From Saprolegnia diclina VS20 (Eukaryota): a DNA stretch of 64,000 bases. The notes beneath the pieces were generated by a model that saw only the letters and a list, made by a program, of their open reading frames with translations, had not been told where the DNA came from and made no database searches. How positions within the stretch are numbered: position 1 is the first letter of the stretch; every line of letters begins with the position of its first letter. This document shows, piece after piece, positions 59,958 to 64,000 of the stretch. Location: NCBI RefSeq assembly GCF_000281045.1, contig NW_008246105.1, positions 343,762 to 407,761 of the forward strand, in the 5' to 3' direction. Made by a program: the position numbers and the translations under genes.

Positions 59958-61016
59958 ATGAGCGACGCATCCAAGAGCGAGTCGATGAGCGTCTCCGGCG
60001 TCCGGCCGCGTCCCGTCTGGATCGCTGGATGGCTCTACGAGCGCTACGGCCTCGGCTCGTACAAGGCGCGCTACTGCGTCTGCAAGGGCAGCGCGCTCCA
60101 CACGTACAAGGACGAAGACGTTTTCAACGGCCAGCTCAAGCTCACGATCGGCCTTTCGCTCATCGAACCGTACGCTGACGAGCCGCACGCGTTCCGCATC
60201 AAGGACGCGCGCGGCAAAGCCCGCATCTTCAAGGCCCAGGACGCCGAAGACTGCACCCACTGGCTGGCGCGCCTCCGAACGGCGATGCTCGAGGAGCCAC
60301 CGGCGTCGCCGTCGTCGTCGTCGTCTCGGTCATCGACGACGTCGTGGTCCAACGCCGCGACGCCAGGTGCCGAACCGGGGAGCGCGCGGCCCGCCAAGAT
60401 CGACCTCCTCGACTTTTCGCCGCCGCCCGAAACCTTTGTCGACGACACGCCACCGGCACATCTACTGCCGCGCCGAACGAGCTCAGAGTCGCCACCTCGG
60501 CGCTGGACGTCGACGCTCAAGCAGCTCTTCAAGTCTACGACGACGTCGTCATCGTCGTCGCCAACCGAGGTTGCATCGGTGCCCATCATCACTTGGGGCA
60601 GCGCGGCCAACGGCGGCCTTGCGCGCCAGCTCGAGCGACTCATGTACGAGTGGTACCGCGACTGGGACTCGGGGCGGCCCATGAGCTCGTGGCGCAGTGT
60701 CAAGCCGCAGGTCTTTACGCTGCACATCAACGGCGTGCACGTCGAGGACGAGCGACCGGTGCTCTTCTCCACAACGTTTCCAACTGGGTTTACATGGGAA
60801 GTGTCGAGTCTCTTCTCGGCCGCGCCCAAGATTGCATTTGCGTGGCGCCACGCCGGCAAGTTCACCGGTCGCTTTGACAACCTCTCGGGCAACGGACGGG
60901 AGGTGGCGCTCCAGGGCTTTGCCGTCGCCCGCGTCGACGTGCACGTGCAACGATTGCTCTGCCTCGAGCTCTTTTTTGATCCTGCGCCGCTCGTCGCCAA
61001 CGCCGGCGCTCCGTAG
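59958..61016 (+). CDS. PH domain fused to a 'pathogen-related protein' (NTF2/SnoaL-like) domain, intronless
   Basis: N-terminal PH domain (AGWLYER...YKARYCV...LHTYKDE...FKAQDAEDCTHWLARL). The C-terminus FPTGFTWEV..LFS..PKIAFAWRH.G.F.G.F....GNG.EV.L.GFAVARVD...LELFFDP matches the plant/fungal pathogen-related protein family. Confidence 0.8.
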   Translation: MSDASKSESMSVSGVRPRPVWIAGWLYERYGLGSYKARYCVCKGSALHTYKDEDVFNGQLKLTIGLSLIEPYADEPHAFRIKDARGKARIFKAQDAEDCTHWLARLRTAMLEEPPASPSSSSSRSSTTSWSNAATPGAEPGSARPAKIDLLDFSPPPETFVDDTPPAHLLPRRTSSESPPRRWTSTLKQLFKSTTTSSSSSPTEVASVPIITWGSAANGGLARQLERLMYEWYRDWDSGRPMSSWRSVKPQVFTLHINGVHVEDERPVLFSTTFPTGFTWEVSSLFSAAPKIAFAWRHAGKFTGRFDNLSGNGREVALQGFAVARVDVHVQRLLCLELFFDPAPLVANAGAP

Positions 61017-61679
61017 TCGCTTAGTAGCCCTTGCTGCTCGAATATATATGACAATTTTGTTATTCTCCGGTTCTGCAAGTACCGGTACAGCTGCTGCACT
61101 AGCCTGAGGGCGCATCTCTCGAGTTCATTTTATGCAGAACCGTTGAAGCGGGACAGGCGGCAAAACGAAGGTGCGCGACGTCGGCTGGTGCAAGGTGCTC
61201 TGGACGCAAAGGGCAAAAGGCAACTTGCTCGGCACTGCAGTGGGACGCGCCTCTGTCGCGTGTGTCGTGTCACGCGCGATCGTTGAGGTTGCCGTTGGGA
61301 TCACACGCTGAGCGCGAACCACTGCATGTACTATAGCCTGCGATGTATGGTGGATCGTGGCTGGAACGGACCTGGTCGTCACGGCGCTGGCCACGTTTGC
61401 ACGGCGCATTGCCCTGGAGAGCTAGAAAGCGTACGAAGGTACGACGGTCGCACGACTGGGTGTCATGGGTTGCTCCGGAAGCGAGTAATGACGGCCACTT
61501 GTGTGAAGGGGAGGTCGCACTGCCACAGAGCCATTTGCATCCAGCGTAGTGTAGGACGTGAGAAGAACTCGAGGGCGCGTAAATCTTCTACAGTGTTGGT
61601 CGGGGACACGACTCTTCGGAAAATGGACTAGACCGTGTCGCGCTGAAAGCTGTGGCGGTTCAGCTAGCGCTTCTTCAGG

Positions 61680-62200
61680 CCTGATGCCCGATATTGCCCG
61701 CTCTGCGCGGTGCACGCCCGCGAACGTACGACCATCTTCGAGTGCGCTGTCGATTCATCCGCGAGGTCTGGCGCGCTTTTGACCCGATGCGCGATATCTT
61801 GCCGATGCAACTGCCATCGTCCGTCGGCGGCCTCCTCTACGATGCCGTCGCCACGCCGTTCTCTGCCCACAAGTCGACCATCCGTGCCCTCTGGCCGATC
61901 TTGCGCGCTTGCGTCTGTACAGTCTTTGGCTTGAACGCAACAACCGCGTGTTCCGCACGACGCTGAAGCCCCTTCCCGCTGCTGCGCTCGCGATCAAAGC
62001 AGCTACTATCTCGCGATGGCACATCCAGCACTTGGCTCGTCGCGGTGCCTTCGCTCGCCGAGTCGCCTAACGCTCTACGCGCCGACCCTGGGTGTGCTCG
62101 CAACCTTGTTCATCCCACAATCCCGAGCGCGGACCAAGCGCCATCGGCGTGACGTACCGGCCAAACCTCACGAGCGCAGTAGGAAGTCCACCCTCTTCAC
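61680..62200 (+). mobile_element. Decayed 3' fragment of an L1/Tx1-like non-LTR retrotransposon ORF2
   Basis: YCPLCAVHARE(frameshift)TYDHLRVRCRFIREVW forms the CxxC..ETxxHL..C zf-RVT knuckle. After a second frameshift comes WLERNNRVF (61927), the W..RN..VF motif of LINE ORF2 C-termini. Confidence 0.75.
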
Positions 62201-62258
62201 TATATAATTGCATGTTGATAACTCATTTCAGCAAAAGAATGTACTACGGTGTACTCTG

Positions 62259-63478
62259 TCAAGGACATGTCGTCCAACCCTCGTCAGGTGCGGTTTCGCC
62301 ATCCGGCAGGACGCCTCGGAGCGTCGTTGTGAGAAGTTGCTTGCAAAAGCTGTGGTTGTTCAACGCAGCGACCCGCGCGGCTGCCTGCGCTTTGGCCACC
62401 GTCTCGAGCTCCGCATCTTCCTCCTGCCGCATCGAAAAGAGAAAGAGCTCCGAGATGCGTGTCGTCTTGGCGTCCAGACGGTCCATGATGATCCTAATAA
62501 CTCCGTGTAGAAGATTGTCTGTTGTCATAGCGACGCACCAGCCATTCGAAAGGACAGCGTTCGGGTTGTTGACGCGCGTCTCGTCCGTGATGGACGAGCA
62601 CACGAGCACCGCGCGGTGCGGCATCTCAAAGAGGCGGTACAGCACATGGTCGCCAGCTCCAAGGTCGAAATACGCAGCGTCTTCACCCAGCGCAGTGGTC
62701 ACAAGCTACGAGAGCGGGTTTGAAGCGCGTACTAGAGGAGGACGAGGATACGTCGTGATCAACGTAGGCGGCCGTGTGCCCAGGACACGCGTTCTGGAGG
62801 TAGATGCGTCGATTGCTCTCGACGAGCGCTTCGAGCGGCGCGGGTATCTCAATCTGCTGCTGCAGCACCATGTACGAGAGCGCGACACTCTCCGTCTCGG
62901 CAAAATGAACGTCAAACGCAATCGGCCGGCAACAGCTCAATGCGTGCGTCGCGTGGTGGTAGAGTCGCGTCGTGAGCCACGCGAGGGCCTCGCCGCGCTG
63001 CGTTGCGGGCAGCGTCTGGCACTGGTACGACGCCAAATGCGGTAGAACGTTGTCCTAACAATGTCTCAGTGCTGCTTCATACTTTATTTCGTACAAGTGG
63101 CGACGATGGGACGCGGCTCAAGCAGGTCGTGAGCACGTAGGCCAGCTGCCGCGTGTAGTGAAGCTGGGCCTTGAGCGCGCTGTTGGTCAGCTTGGCGCTT
63201 TGAGAGCTGTTGGCCAGTGCGATGGCCACGTCGCGCCACGGCAGCGGCGACGACGTCCGGGCCTCGAGCTCGGCCGAGAGCGCCGCGACCTGTTCGCGGA
63301 GGTACTGGGCCTGGAGCCTCTCGCGCCGGCGGTGGTCGCGCAGCCGTTGGCGGTCGTACGTGCGCTTGCGGGCGACCGCGTCGCTTTCGATAGCGTCGTC
63401 ATCGGCAGCGTGTTGCGCGTCATACAAGATCTCGCGCGACGAGTACACGTCCTCGCCGATCGCGGTCGTCGGTGCCAT
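62259..63478 (-). CDS. Oomycete-expanded family protein with N-terminal bZIP-like basic/coiled-coil region (M96-like), 2 introns
   Basis: RKRTYDRQRLRDHRRRERLQAQYLREQVAALSAEL...LPWRDVAIAL...N.ALKAQL, then AWLTTRLYH and CSSITDE...NGW motifs as seen in Saprolegnia/Aphanomyces multigene families. Confidence 0.7.
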
Positions 63479-63568
63479 CGTTGTCGGGGCTAATCAGATG
63501 GAATTTGCGCCCAGGTGCGCGCACTTGAAGCGCGCCCACGTGGCACGCTCTCGTCGCCCGAGTTGGAC

Positions 63569-63768
63569 NNNNNNNNNNNNNNNNNNNNNNNNNNNNNNNN
63601 NNNNNNNNNNNNNNNNNNNNNNNNNNNNNNNNNNNNNNNNNNNNNNNNNNNNNNNNNNNNNNNNNNNNNNNNNNNNNNNNNNNNNNNNNNNNNNNNNNNN
63701 NNNNNNNNNNNNNNNNNNNNNNNNNNNNNNNNNNNNNNNNNNNNNNNNNNNNNNNNNNNNNNNNNNNN
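63569..63768. other. Assembly gap (N run)
   Basis: Run of N. Confidence 1.
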
Positions 63769-63793
63769 AAAACTAAGTTAAATGGGTGAGTGC

Positions 63794-64000
63794 CTAGGCC
63801 CCTTGGAGCCAGCCAAAGGGCGCGACGGGCAGCGCCGACATGGGATGGAGGAGGTTGTGTCCGACAGGAAACGGCCGCAGTAGCATTGGCGGCATCATGC
63901 TACCCAGCTCGTTTGGCACGTCGAACCGTCTTCGCTTGGCCACGCTCGGTACAAAAAACTGTGGTGCAATCGGCAGCAAGTCGGCCGGTCGCTTTCGCGC
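63794..64000 (-). CDS. Possible 3' end of a gene entering from beyond the window
   Basis: Frame open from the window edge (…RKRPADLLPIAPQ…AKRRRFDVP…WLQGA*), Pro/Met-rich with an NLS-like stretch. No family recognised. Confidence 0.35.
   Translation of the reverse strand, partial: ARKRPADLLPIAPQFFVPSVAKRRRFDVPNELGSMMPPMLLRPFPVGHNLLHPMSALPVAPFGWLQGA

Noticed and set aside
1941..63781. ORFs spanning N runs
   Set aside because: Artefacts of assembly gaps.
1..64000. tRNA, rRNA or snRNA genes
   Set aside because: No cloverleaf or rRNA-like segment was recognised by eye; tRNAscan-SE/Infernal would be needed to exclude them.

Overview
Eukaryotic, intron-rich (mostly 40-56 nt GT-AG introns), GC3-rich genomic DNA from an oomycete, most likely Saprolegnia: the delta-12 desaturase is, from memory, nearly identical to the S. 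diclina enzyme. There are three assembly gaps. About 22 protein-coding genes can be modelled. In order they are an EHD/dynamin-like GTPase (3' part), a BT1 folate/biopterin transporter, a UAA nucleotide-sugar transporter, a PH protein, ThrRS, a hypothetical protein, CFAP47, MTHFR, a STI1 protein, a four-domain voltage-gated channel, a five-RGS-domain protein, a cryptic degenerate RAD51-paralogue-like gene, FAD2, a second inverted channel paralogue, a bacterial-type QueH, nucleoredoxin, a headless myosin-tail gene, an SH3b-repeat/FAIM-like protein, a second headless tail gene, a myosin, a PH + pathogen-related-domain fusion and a bZIP-like oomycete family protein. There is also a decayed LINE 3' end. 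The most striking observations are: (1) a myosin preceded by two motor-less genes homologous to its coiled-coil plus unnamed globular tail; (2) an intron-containing QueH in a eukaryote; (3) two channels with a non-canonical S-D-E-E filter that share a 300-bp, 97%-identical domain IV pore tract; (4) a recurrent promoter-proximal palindrome ATCCGGAT. No tRNA, rRNA or CRISPR was seen. All gene models and family calls are by eye, without database searches.
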